From the NCBI GenBank assembly GCA_964611355.1, contig CAZSYD010000007.1:59383-79382 (forward strand): a stretch of DNA of 20,000 bases, in the 5' to 3' direction. This DNA is from an uncultured Ignavibacteriales bacterium (GTDB lineage: Bacteria > Zixibacteria > MSB-5A5 > GN15 > JAAZOE01). Below are positions 7,657-15,645 of the stretch, in pieces. The position numbers were made by a program, and so were the translations under genes. Each line of letters begins with the position of its first letter. Position 1 is the stretch's first letter. The notes beneath the pieces were generated by a model. That model had not been told where the DNA came from. It saw only the letters and a list, made by a program, of their open reading frames with translations, and searched no databases.

Positions 7657-9211
7657 CACGTACCCGGGGCTTAATATCGCGCAGCGACGGAATAATGTTC
7701 AGGGCAAATGCAATCAACAGGTACCCGACCAGGCCCGCGCCGAAAAGTATCGCCACCCTGATAACCCGGTCGCCAAGCTCATCGCCGAAGGCAATAAACC
7801 ATTCCGCGCTCGAGACGAAATAAAGCAAAAACGCAAGCAGCGCCGCCGCCAAAGATGAACGAAAAAACAGCAGCGCCACCCGGCCGCATTTTATCTCTCC
7901 CACCATTTTGGGAATATTGTAAAGCAGGAGACCGAAATTAACCAGCCCGCCCAGCGCCGTCGCTGCCGCCAGCCCGGCAAAACCCATAAATGGAATAAAA
8001 ATAAAATTGGCCGCCAGATTGACCACGACCGCAATTATCGAATATCTCATCGGGTGGACCGCATCTTTGACGGCATAATAAATCGGGGCCGTCACCCGCA
8101 CTCCGGCAAAACCGATCAGGCCGACGCTGTACCAGATCAGGGCGTGATACGTATTGACGGTGTCAACGGCTGCAAATCGGCCGTGCTGAAAAAGAAGGCC
8201 GATAACTTCATCGCCGCAGGCGACGAAAAAGGCGGCCACGGGAAAAACCAGAAAAAAGCAAAGATGAATCGCCCGGTAAAATGTCGCGGCTATACCGGCG
8301 GCGTCATCATCGGCGGCCTGCGCGGAGGCCCTGGGCAGGGCCACAGTTCCCAGGGCGACGGCGATCATCCCGAGCGGAAGATGCATCAGGCGATACGAAT
8401 AAGTCAAATAGGATACCGACCCGGCCGCCAGCAGGGAAGCCAGCAGCGTATTGATAAAAATGTTGATGCGGCTGGCCGCCAGCCCTCCGATCATCGGCGT
8501 CATCAGACGCCCGATACTTCTCAGGCCGGGATGCATGATATAAGGGAGAAAACGAAATCGGAAACCGATCCTTCTCAGACTGGGAAGCTGAATGGCCAGT
8601 TGACCAAGCCCTCCCAGAAGCACGCCTGCGGCCATACCGAAGATAGGCCTCTCCAAATAGGGACAAATAAGATAGGCCGCAGAAATGACGCCGATATTGA
8701 AAAGCGACGGCGCCAGAGCCGGGATGCCAAAACGATCGAAGGAATTAAGAATCGACATAACCAGCGCCGCCAGCGCCACCAGAAGCAGAAAGGGAAACAT
8801 AAGAGCCGTCAGTTGAGAAGTAAGCTCCGCTTTGCCTGAGATCTCGCCAAATCCGGGCGCGATCAATTTAACCAGATATGGCGACAGTAACGCCCCGATA
8901 ACGACAACCACCGCAACGACGATAGTCATAATCGAAAAACATACCTGGGCCAGCTCAAAGGCGGCTTCTTTCCCGCCATATTTCAACTCCCGTTTGAAAA
9001 CCGGCACGAAAGCCGAAGATAAGGCTCCTTCGGCAAACAGATCGCGCAGAAGATTGGGGATTCGATAGGCGGCGAAAAAGGCGTCCGCCGCCAGGGAAGC
9101 TCCAAACAGGTGGGCAAAAACCTGTTCCCTTATCAGGCCGAGCACCCGCGACAGGAATGTTCCCGAGGCGACGCGCGAAAACGCTAATGTCAAGCCGGTC
9201 TTTGACGCCAT
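7649..9211 (-). CDS. murJ: Lipid II flippase MurJ (MviN)
   Basis: SRVLGLIRE, ADAFFAAYRIPNLLRDLFAEGALSSAFVPVF and YSYRLMHLPLGMIAVALGTVALP motifs; many TM helices. Confidence 0.97.
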   Translation of the reverse strand: MASKTGLTLAFSRVASGTFLSRVLGLIREQVFAHLFGASLAADAFFAAYRIPNLLRDLFAEGALSSAFVPVFKRELKYGGKEAAFELAQVCFSIMTIVVAVVVVIGALLSPYLVKLIAPGFGEISGKAELTSQLTALMFPFLLLVALAALVMSILNSFDRFGIPALAPSLFNIGVISAAYLICPYLERPIFGMAAGVLLGGLGQLAIQLPSLRRIGFRFRFLPYIMHPGLRSIGRLMTPMIGGLAASRINIFINTLLASLLAAGSVSYLTYSYRLMHLPLGMIAVALGTVALPRASAQAADDDAAGIAATFYRAIHLCFFLVFPVAAFFVACGDEVIGLLFQHGRFAAVDTVNTYHALIWYSVGLIGFAGVRVTAPIYYAVKDAVHPMRYSIIAVVVNLAANFIFIPFMGFAGLAAATALGGLVNFGLLLYNIPKMVGEIKCGRVALLFFRSSLAAALLAFLLYFVSSAEWFIAFGDELGDRVIRVAILFGAGLVGYLLIAFALNIIPSLRDIKPRVRDV

Positions 9212-9219
9212 TTAATTTA

Positions 9220-9249
9220 TTGACAGATCTCCGATAACAGGTATATTAT
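9220..9249 (+). promoter_or_regulatory. Putative sigma70 promoter of rpsT
   Basis: Perfect TTGACA at 9220-9225, followed by TATATT (16-nt spacer) or TATTAT (18-nt spacer), upstream of the SD AAGGAG at 9272-9277. Confidence 0.7.
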
Positions 9250-9282
9250 GGAGTTTTGACTGATAAAACGAAAGGAGATTTT

Positions 9283-9546
9283 TTGCCGTATCATAAATCG
9301 TGCAAGAAACGTTTGAAAACGTCGGCCAGGGAAAGAGTACGCAACCAGGCAGCGAAGACCATCTTCAGGACGGCGTTAAAGAACGCCCATAATAAAATCG
9401 CCGGCGGTGAAGCTTTTGACGTAAGTACCGTATACGCTAATATCGACAGCGCTTACAGCAAAGGCATCATTCACAGAAACAAGGCGGCCCGTTTGAAATC
9501 CCGGCTGGCCAAAGCCGCCTCGCGCATAAGCGCCAAAGAATCCTAA
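9283..9546 (+). CDS. rpsT: 30S ribosomal protein S20
   Basis: (M)PYHKSCKKRLKTSARERVRN...IDSAYSKGIIHRNKAARLKSRL. TTG start at 9283 chosen because AAGGAG lies 5 nt upstream. Confidence 0.96.
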   Translation: MPYHKSCKKRLKTSARERVRNQAAKTIFRTALKNAHNKIAGGEAFDVSTVYANIDSAYSKGIIHRNKAARLKSRLAKAASRISAKES

Positions 9547-10727
9547 AGGATATGCCGCGCCAGACGGATAAGGCGCGGTGAACCGGTAAAAGCCGATTTC
9601 ACAATTGTAACCGGATCGATTATCGGTCCGGGTTTTTCTTTATCGACCAGCTTCCTGAGGAAACGGATAAGGGTTTCCCAGTCGTCGTCGGAAAATTTCC
9701 TGAGAATCGGATAGATTTTTTGGCAAAAACTGAGTTCCCGCCCGATTTCATCGCCGACCGATTTACGGTAAAATTTCTGAAGAGCCTGTCGCGAAAGGTT
9801 ACTATCAACCGAAGCAATTATCGCCCCGGCGGCCAGCCGGCCGGTATGCATAGCCTTGGTAATACCGGCTCCGGTGGCCGAATCGAGTGTGCGCGCGGCG
9901 TCGCCGGCCAGGAGAAGGTTTTCTCTTCCCAGAATTTTCCGACCGACATACTTTGGCACCACGCCGCAGCTGATCGATTCAATTCTGAATTGGCCGTATC
10001 TTTCCCGAAGGAACCGATCAAGATAATCGCGCAGTTTACTACCGGCGTACCTGGCCGGATTGAAACCAAGACCAATATTGGCCGAATGATCCGACTTTGG
10101 AAAAACCCACAGGTATCCGCCGGGCGCATATGTTTTTCCAACGCAGAATTCAAGGCACTCCGAATCCGGATCGATATCCGTTACCCGGTACTGCAGGGTC
10201 GTTTCCGTCTGGGTAAGTCTGAGACGAGTATCTATTCCGGCCATCCGGCCGATCATTGATTCGACGCCGTCTGCGGCAATGACATATTCAGCCTCAACGA
10301 ATGATTTCCCGGCGCGGGTTTCTATCTCGATTTTGGCCGGGCCGTTGGCCGATACTTCGATTCCAGATGCGTACGCCTTTGTCATTAGTTCAACGCCGGC
10401 ATCAACGGCGCGTTCCGCCAGATATTGATCGAATTTGGGCCGGTCGAGCACATACCCCACCAGATAGGAAAACTGATGTCTATACCTGAACCCATTAGCC
10501 ACGGTGAACGCGATGGCGCGTATTTCGGTGGAAATAAAATCCGGATCGGGTTCCAAAAAATTGCGGAGTCCAAAATCCGATACGGCTTCGGCGCAGGCCA
10601 GCGGTCGACCGATTTCTTCGTCCCGCTCCAGAAGCAATACATCGAGCCCGTTTTTAGCCGCGGTCAAAGCAGCGTAACCGCCCGCCGGACCGGCTCCGAT
10701 AACAACCAATCGATAGCGGCTTTTCAC
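9543..10727 (-). CDS. Geranylgeranyl reductase-family FAD oxidoreductase (digeranylgeranylglycerophospholipid reductase-like)
   Basis: GAGPAG Rossmann motif, PLACAEAVS (active-site Cys region), LDRPKFDQYLA, IAADGVES, PGGYLWVFPK (YxWxFP) and LAGDAA...GAGI. Confidence 0.9.
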   Translation of the reverse strand: MKSRYRLVVIGAGPAGGYAALTAAKNGLDVLLLERDEEIGRPLACAEAVSDFGLRNFLEPDPDFISTEIRAIAFTVANGFRYRHQFSYLVGYVLDRPKFDQYLAERAVDAGVELMTKAYASGIEVSANGPAKIEIETRAGKSFVEAEYVIAADGVESMIGRMAGIDTRLRLTQTETTLQYRVTDIDPDSECLEFCVGKTYAPGGYLWVFPKSDHSANIGLGFNPARYAGSKLRDYLDRFLRERYGQFRIESISCGVVPKYVGRKILGRENLLLAGDAARTLDSATGAGITKAMHTGRLAAGAIIASVDSNLSRQALQKFYRKSVGDEIGRELSFCQKIYPILRKFSDDDWETLIRFLRKLVDKEKPGPIIDPVTIVKSAFTGSPRLIRLARHIL

Positions 10728-10927
10728 GCCGCCCTCCCTGATTGTCCGTTATCCCCTGGGGCGAGGGAAAGAGCGGCGACCGGACAGGACCTGACGCATA
10801 ACCGGCAGAGATTACATAGTTTTTGGTCAACTTTCAGATGTTCGAGATCAAGGAATAATGCCGATTCCGGGCATATTGATATGCACCCGGCGCAGGCGAG
10901 ACAGGTTTTGATATCAATAATCAGCAT
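10724..10927 (-). CDS. 2[4Fe-4S] ferredoxin
   Basis: Two CxxCxxCxxxCP motifs (CLACAGCISICP; CNLCRLCVRSCP). GTGA stop/start overlap with the reductase. Confidence 0.93.
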   Translation of the reverse strand: MLIIDIKTCLACAGCISICPESALFLDLEHLKVDQKLCNLCRLCVRSCPVAALSLAPGDNGQSGRAA

Positions 10928-10960
10928 AAAAAAACCCGACCAAAATTAGCAGGGCCGGGT
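10928..10960 (-). terminator. Intrinsic-terminator-like hairpin plus U-tract directly before the ferredoxin ATG
   Basis: Minus strand ACCCGGCC, 11-nt loop, GGTCGGGT (8-bp stem with one G-U pair), then TTTTTT ATG. Confidence 0.45.
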
Positions 10961-10961
10961 A

Positions 10962-11171
10962 ATTAATTCAAGGTTTTTCTTAATTGTTAAACATAAAGAT
11001 GAAACCGTCATAATAGNNNNNNNNNNNNNNNNNNNNNNNNNNNNNNNNNNNNNNNNNNNNNNNNNNNNNNNNNNNNNNNNNNNNNNNNNNNNNNNNNNNN
11101 NNNNNNNNNNNNNNNNATTAATTCAAGGTTTTTCTTAATTGTTAAACATAAAGATGAAACCGTCATAATAG
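10962..11171. other. 100-N scaffold gap (11017-11116) flanked by an identical 55-bp overlap; probable assembly artefact
   Basis: 10962-11016 is identical to 11117-11171. Confidence 0.9.
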
Positions 11172-11935
11172 ACAGCCCGATCTGACGACATGCGTATCCT
11201 GATTAACTCCTTCAGAAACGATTCTTTTTCCTCGACCGACGCCGGTTCTTTCAGAATCGACAAAGAATAGTCGATGCCCAGCATTCGACCCGGTTGGTCG
11301 ATTCGTACCAACCCGTAAGGCAAACGCATCTCCCGGTGCGCAATTTCACCCAGTTCATCAATTGAAAAAGCCGGAGGATAGATAACCGCCGAAGCCTGCG
11401 GGAAATCAGCCAGCGGATCCGGGTCTTCCGGGTTTAATTTGACACGGTAACTGTTGCATTTGCTGATAAAGCTATTGACAAAGCTGATACAGATATCGGC
11501 CCGGACAGGAAGCGAGTTCGAGACAAGTGAAATCCGGTACGAAGTCTTATCTTTAAATTTTATCTCGGCCTGCCGGGAGGTCAAGGGGCCGGAGATATTT
11601 TTCAACAACCGAATTTGCCGAGGAAATTTCCGGCAGAACCTGAGAAAATCGTCCTTATACCAGTTTTCGACTATTCGCTGCCAGGGATGAACCGTAAGGG
11701 ATTCGTTATTGGCTAGCTGAATAGGGATATGAGCGGCTTTAAGTTGTTTGAGGGCAAATAGTATGGTGACGTCGTCAAGCATCAGGTAGGATTCACCCAC
11801 GGGTCTGACCAGAAGGGGGTTCCTCACCTTTCCTTCCCGTTCAATTTCCCGAACCAACCACGGCAGACGCTTATTAGCCGGGGACTCAAAAGTAAGGATC
11901 TTTTCGGAGGATACGATCTTCAGTTTGTCCAACAT
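11135..11935 (-). CDS. SbnI/SerK-like (ParB/Srx-fold) protein with degenerate active-site motif
   Basis: LKIVSSEKILTFE..KRL...IEREGKVRNPLLV...YLMLD....LKQL....IPIQ...PWQRIV and the C-terminal LPYGLVRIDQPGRMLGIDYSLSIL follow the SbnI pattern. The DGxHR motif is replaced by DDVTI. Confidence 0.7.
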   Translation of the reverse strand: MLDKLKIVSSEKILTFESPANKRLPWLVREIEREGKVRNPLLVRPVGESYLMLDDVTILFALKQLKAAHIPIQLANNESLTVHPWQRIVENWYKDDFLRFCRKFPRQIRLLKNISGPLTSRQAEIKFKDKTSYRISLVSNSLPVRADICISFVNSFISKCNSYRVKLNPEDPDPLADFPQASAVIYPPAFSIDELGEIAHREMRLPYGLVRIDQPGRMLGIDYSLSILKEPASVEEKESFLKELIRIRMSSDRAVYYDGFIFMFNN

Positions 11936-11982
11936 ATACGTGTTCCTGTTCCGAGCCGGTTACTGTTGTCTGTACCGTTTTT

Positions 11983-11998
11983 AGCAAAACAGGTGCCG
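11983..11998 (-). promoter_or_regulatory. Putative sigma54 (-24/-12) promoter
   Basis: Minus strand CGGCACCTGTTTTGCT (GG-N10-GC; consensus TGGCAC-N5-TTGCW), 47 nt upstream of the ATG at 11935. Confidence 0.6.
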
Positions 11999-12175
11999 CC
12001 CGCAGGTTTTCGGGAGCTTGGAGGGCTTATTCAGGCAGATTAAATAGATTGCCCGACAACAGATTATAGAACAGGCATCGGTTTCCGGCTATTTCTGCCC
12101 AATCCAAACCGGATTAATCCTGCAACAATGGAAGTAAAAGTTAGCAAATATGCAAAAGCTTTCTCGAATGGTCGG

Positions 12176-13294
12176 TTATCGGATTATGAGTCTGGCCGCC
12201 TTTTCCGCCGTTTCCAGCATCACCGAATCGTCAATCGAAGAAAAGGCCGCCCGGGGAAATCCGACCCGCCAAGATTTATAGGTCTCCTGATGACGGATTA
12301 ATTTTTTTCCATCTGATGAAAAAATATAGAGATAACCCTCAACATGCCGCCTGTCTTTTGGTACCGATTTACCGCTGTTGACGTCGACGCCACAGACAAA
12401 ATATCGCCCATCCCTTGAAATAGCCAAAGAAGTAAACCGCTTTTCCATCTCATTCAGGCGGAATTCTCTCAATAGCTTTCCCGATGTCAGCCGATACACC
12501 TCGAATTTCTTTGAAGCCATCAGGATTAACAGGTCGGCTTCTACATGAACGGCCATATCTGTAATTTCCTGTTCGGAGAAGCTAACCTGCTTTATTTCAT
12601 CCTCGTTATGGTAAAGGCGGAAAAGACCGCCGGAGAAAGCGCCAACATACTGTTCCCTGCGGTCGAAAATAAAATGGTCGGCGGGCGGCAGCGTGGTCAG
12701 CGGATTCCCCGTTGAATCATGGACGAGCAGACCGGCATCGCCCTGGTCAATGATAAATCTCTCCCCCGACGGGGATATTGAAATACCGTGGTAATTATCA
12801 AAGGTCAGGACGTTGAAATGGTCGCCAGTCGATTTATAAAGATGCAATCGGGTGGGCGAAATTCCCTGAACGCCTTCTATGCCGAAAACGGCGCCGTTAT
12901 CAGCAATATAAAACATATTGGCCGCCGGTTTGGAAATTTTCCAGCGACGTTTTCCGTTGGAGTCAAAGACTTCCAGCTTGACCGTTTTCAAATCGGTAGG
13001 CGACCGGTCGGCATAGGTTACCAACCCCAAAAACCTGCCGTTCGGCGACAAGGTCGGCCTGACATTATTTTTTAATTTCCGTGAAAAAAGTTTTTTCCCC
13101 TGATTGTCATACATAGCAATGTACGGCCGACCATAGACAAGGAAATTTCCTTCCAATGATCCCAGAACCCGATCTTTTTCGTTGAGAGCAATGGAAAATT
13201 CGCTTTCCAGCCTGTCGGCCAGGGCGATCCGCGGCAGCCCGAGGATGGTTAAAACCAACGCGGTGACTATGATCCTGATGGCCAAAGAGAACAT
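12176..13294 (-). CDS. Secreted/periplasmic beta-propeller-like protein
   Basis: Signal peptide MFSLAIRIIVTALVLTILGLPRIALA|D from ATG 13294, with GGAG upstream. Repeated blade motifs LSPNGRFLGL, IADNGAVF, ISPSGERFII and ISRDGRYFV. Confidence 0.7.
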   Translation of the reverse strand: MFSLAIRIIVTALVLTILGLPRIALADRLESEFSIALNEKDRVLGSLEGNFLVYGRPYIAMYDNQGKKLFSRKLKNNVRPTLSPNGRFLGLVTYADRSPTDLKTVKLEVFDSNGKRRWKISKPAANMFYIADNGAVFGIEGVQGISPTRLHLYKSTGDHFNVLTFDNYHGISISPSGERFIIDQGDAGLLVHDSTGNPLTTLPPADHFIFDRREQYVGAFSGGLFRLYHNEDEIKQVSFSEQEITDMAVHVEADLLILMASKKFEVYRLTSGKLLREFRLNEMEKRFTSLAISRDGRYFVCGVDVNSGKSVPKDRRHVEGYLYIFSSDGKKLIRHQETYKSWRVGFPRAAFSSIDDSVMLETAEKAARLIIR

Positions 13295-13403
13295 AATACT
13301 CCATCTACCTATTGACATAATAGCAATATGCATAAGCAAAACGCATCCGCAGCGCAACTATATATCGCGGTATATTCCCGGTTAAATTGAAAGGTCTGGT
13401 AGA

Positions 13404-13883
13404 TCAGATTTTCGGTCTGTTGATGAGATCGGGAGGCGAATCCTTTGAAATGATGCCGGCGAAACTTTTAATTTTCAAGTTGGAATTGGCCGGCATATCG
13501 GGAATCCCGACGATTGAACCGGCCGCGCGGTTATCTTTATGATTTATCCATTTTACCCTAAGGATAATATCCTTCGCGTATTTTTGAGCCTGTTGACGAA
13601 CTGCTTCCATTCCCTGACCGGGGAAAGATCCTTCGTTCATCAAATAAACCAGAGGCGGAAAATCGGTGAAAATATGCAGTTCACGCTTCTTAAACAGGTC
13701 TTTGTTGTGTTCGGCAAATCGCAGAAAGGTAAGGAAAGATATAATCTGCAAATCGGCCGGTTTGCCGGATACGGCACAGCGAAAAAGAATGCCGTATTCC
13801 GGGACGGCAAACGAAATAATGCCTTGGTTTTCATTCCCTGGGAATACCTGCCCGGAGACGTAGCATTTGAGAATATCTTTCAT
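13404..13883 (-). CDS. RNase HI-like fold protein, catalytic acidic residues mostly lost
   Basis: CYVSG (for YxDG), LHIFTDFPPLVYLMN (for l.vygDSqLVv.qvn) and VKWINHKDNRAAG (for f.hvpRe.N..AD). Confidence 0.6.
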   Translation of the reverse strand: MKDILKCYVSGQVFPGNENQGIISFAVPEYGILFRCAVSGKPADLQIISFLTFLRFAEHNKDLFKKRELHIFTDFPPLVYLMNEGSFPGQGMEAVRQQAQKYAKDIILRVKWINHKDNRAAGSIVGIPDMPANSNLKIKSFAGIISKDSPPDLINRPKI

Positions 13884-13897
13884 GGGAGAAACAAAAA

Positions 13898-13913
13898 AGC
13901 AATTGATATGCCC
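13898..13913 (-). promoter_or_regulatory. Putative sigma54 (-24/-12) promoter
   Basis: Minus strand GGGCATATCAATTGCT (GG-N10-GC), 14 nt upstream of the ATG at 13883; no SD present. Confidence 0.45.
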
Positions 13914-14039
13914 GTGCCTGCCACCGGCGCAGGATATATAATCTGTTGATCTCCGGCAGATTAGAAGTAATAAACAGAGACTGGTCTTAATGATTATGCA
14001 AGAGGTTGCTTAATATATACTCGAATGGTTCGGATTACT

Positions 14040-14471
14040 TCACTCAAGAGAATCGAGAAGCATTTTGCTCAGTTCCTTTTTAGGCTTAACATATTTAGCC
14101 GTGGCTTCGGCGACGGTTTCGCTGTTTTGATTGACGGCGCGGCCTTCGGTGAAATAGACTATTCCTCTCTCGCCGGTTTTCCAACCTTCGAAATGCAGTT
14201 TATCGCCGGAATAGACCGGTTTTTTGTATCGAACCGTAATCTCGGCCGTGACTGCAAAAATATCCTCGGCTAAAAGCGCCTTTATCATAATCTCGTCGAG
14301 CAGCGTGGCGACGATACCTCCGTGAAATATATTTTTATAACCGGCGTATATCTCGTCGGCGATAACATCGCACACCGCCTTTTCGCCGTCCCAGAAGAAC
14401 CGGGCTTTAAGACCGATTTTGTTTTTCTGGCCGCAGACAAAACAACCCGAATATTTGGCGATCTCTTTCAT
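14040..14471 (-). CDS. PaaI-family (hot-dog fold) thioesterase
   Basis: CFVCGQKNKIGLKARF, HGGIVATLLDE and VTAEITVRYKKPV. Confidence 0.9.
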   Translation of the reverse strand: MKEIAKYSGCFVCGQKNKIGLKARFFWDGEKAVCDVIADEIYAGYKNIFHGGIVATLLDEIMIKALLAEDIFAVTAEITVRYKKPVYSGDKLHFEGWKTGERGIVYFTEGRAVNQNSETVAEATAKYVKPKKELSKMLLDSLE

Positions 14472-14507
14472 CTGTTCACTATATGCTGTTCGGAACCCGG
14501 TGCCCTA

Positions 14508-15410
14508 TTATGACATCACAAAAACCATGATCGCCTTCTGGATATGCAGCCGGTTCTCAGCCTCGTCAAAAACAACCGAATTGGGGCCGTCCATAACTTC
14601 GTCGGTGATTTCCCTTCCCCGTTCGGCAGGCAGACAGTGCATCACCAAACAGTCTGGTTCGGCCAGCTTTAACAGGTCGCTGTTAATTTGATAGCGACCA
14701 AGCAGGCGGGCCATCTCTTCGGCCTTATCCTTCCTGCCCATTGACGCCCAAACGTCGGTATAAACCACGTGGGCGCCTTCGACCGCTTTTTTGGGATCTT
14801 CGGTAAGGACAATCTCGGAAATACCGCTATCCTGAGCTTTCTTCAGAATACCCGCATCAGGCTGAGTATCGGCGGCGGTTCCGATATGGAGCTTCATCGG
14901 AATCTTTGAGGCCAGATTCAGCCATGAATTGGCGACGTTGTTACCGTCGCCCAAATAGGCGATCTTGAAATCATCCCGCCGACCTTTCTTTTCCAGAAGG
15001 GTAAAATAATCGCCCATTATCTGACACGGATGAGTCAGGTCGGTCAGGCCGTTGACAACCGGAACGTCGGCATGTTCGGCCAACTCTTCGACGTCGGAAT
15101 GCTTGAAGGTCCGAATCATGATAGTCGCCAGAAAACGCGAGAGCACTTTGGCGGCGTCGTAAATCGATTCGCGGACGCCGAGGGAAATTTCCTTTTCGGT
15201 TATATAGAGCGACTGCCCGCCCAGTTGAGATATACCGACTTCAAACGAAACCCGTGTCCGCAAAGACGGCTTGTGAAAAATGCAGCCGACAGTTTTTCCC
15301 GCGTAAGGTTTCGGGGCGATCTTTCCTTTTTTCATTCTCTCGCACAGATCAAAAACCCGCCGGATTTCATCGGTTGTCAGATCGGTTATTTGAACAAATG
15401 AACGAGCCAT
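14508..15410 (-). CDS. argF: Ornithine carbamoyltransferase
   Basis: FHKPSLRTRVSFE, NGLTDLTHPCQ, GDGNNVA, YTDVWASMG, MHCLPAERG and AENRLH. Confidence 0.97.
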   Translation of the reverse strand: MARSFVQITDLTTDEIRRVFDLCERMKKGKIAPKPYAGKTVGCIFHKPSLRTRVSFEVGISQLGGQSLYITEKEISLGVRESIYDAAKVLSRFLATIMIRTFKHSDVEELAEHADVPVVNGLTDLTHPCQIMGDYFTLLEKKGRRDDFKIAYLGDGNNVANSWLNLASKIPMKLHIGTAADTQPDAGILKKAQDSGISEIVLTEDPKKAVEGAHVVYTDVWASMGRKDKAEEMARLLGRYQINSDLLKLAEPDCLVMHCLPAERGREITDEVMDGPNSVVFDEAENRLHIQKAIMVFVMS

Positions 15411-15645
15411 ATCTTACCTCTTATTATGAAATGTCAGCCAAAATTGCCCTCAATTAACGCGGCTCCCGACTAAAGTCAAGGAAAAGTTGGAACGGGAAAA
15501 CTATCGTATTTCCCCCATAGGGACCGAAGGGAAGGAAGAAAAACCGGCAATCAATAAATGTAACATCGATGACTTTTGTTGACTTTCAATCGCCCTGTTA
15601 TTGAATTATATTAAATGTCAATCCGTGAAACGGGAAAGAAATATA

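Noticed and set aside
7649..9546. Divergent rpsT-murJ arrangement
   Set aside because: A common, known bacterial gene neighbourhood.
10962..11171. 55-bp direct repeat as an att site or target-site duplication of a mobile element
   Set aside because: It flanks exactly 100 N, and no integrase or transposase is in the window. Assembler overlap is the simpler explanation.
11936..12175. Longer intergenic regions (also 15411-15645 and 19095-19299) as riboswitch, tRNA, ncRNA or CRISPR candidates
   Set aside because: No recognisable conserved RNA motif, cloverleaf or repeat-spacer periodicity by eye; an Rfam scan would be needed to exclude them fully.
15451..15479. TTGACT-N17-TAATTG as the argF promoter
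   Set aside because: The -10 element lacks the conserved final T; too weak to call.
15585..15614. TTCAAT-N9-ATTGAA inverted repeat and FNR-like TTGAA-N4-ATTAA upstream of the porin
   Set aside because: Short, imperfect and in AT-rich DNA; cannot be told from chance without orthologous promoters.
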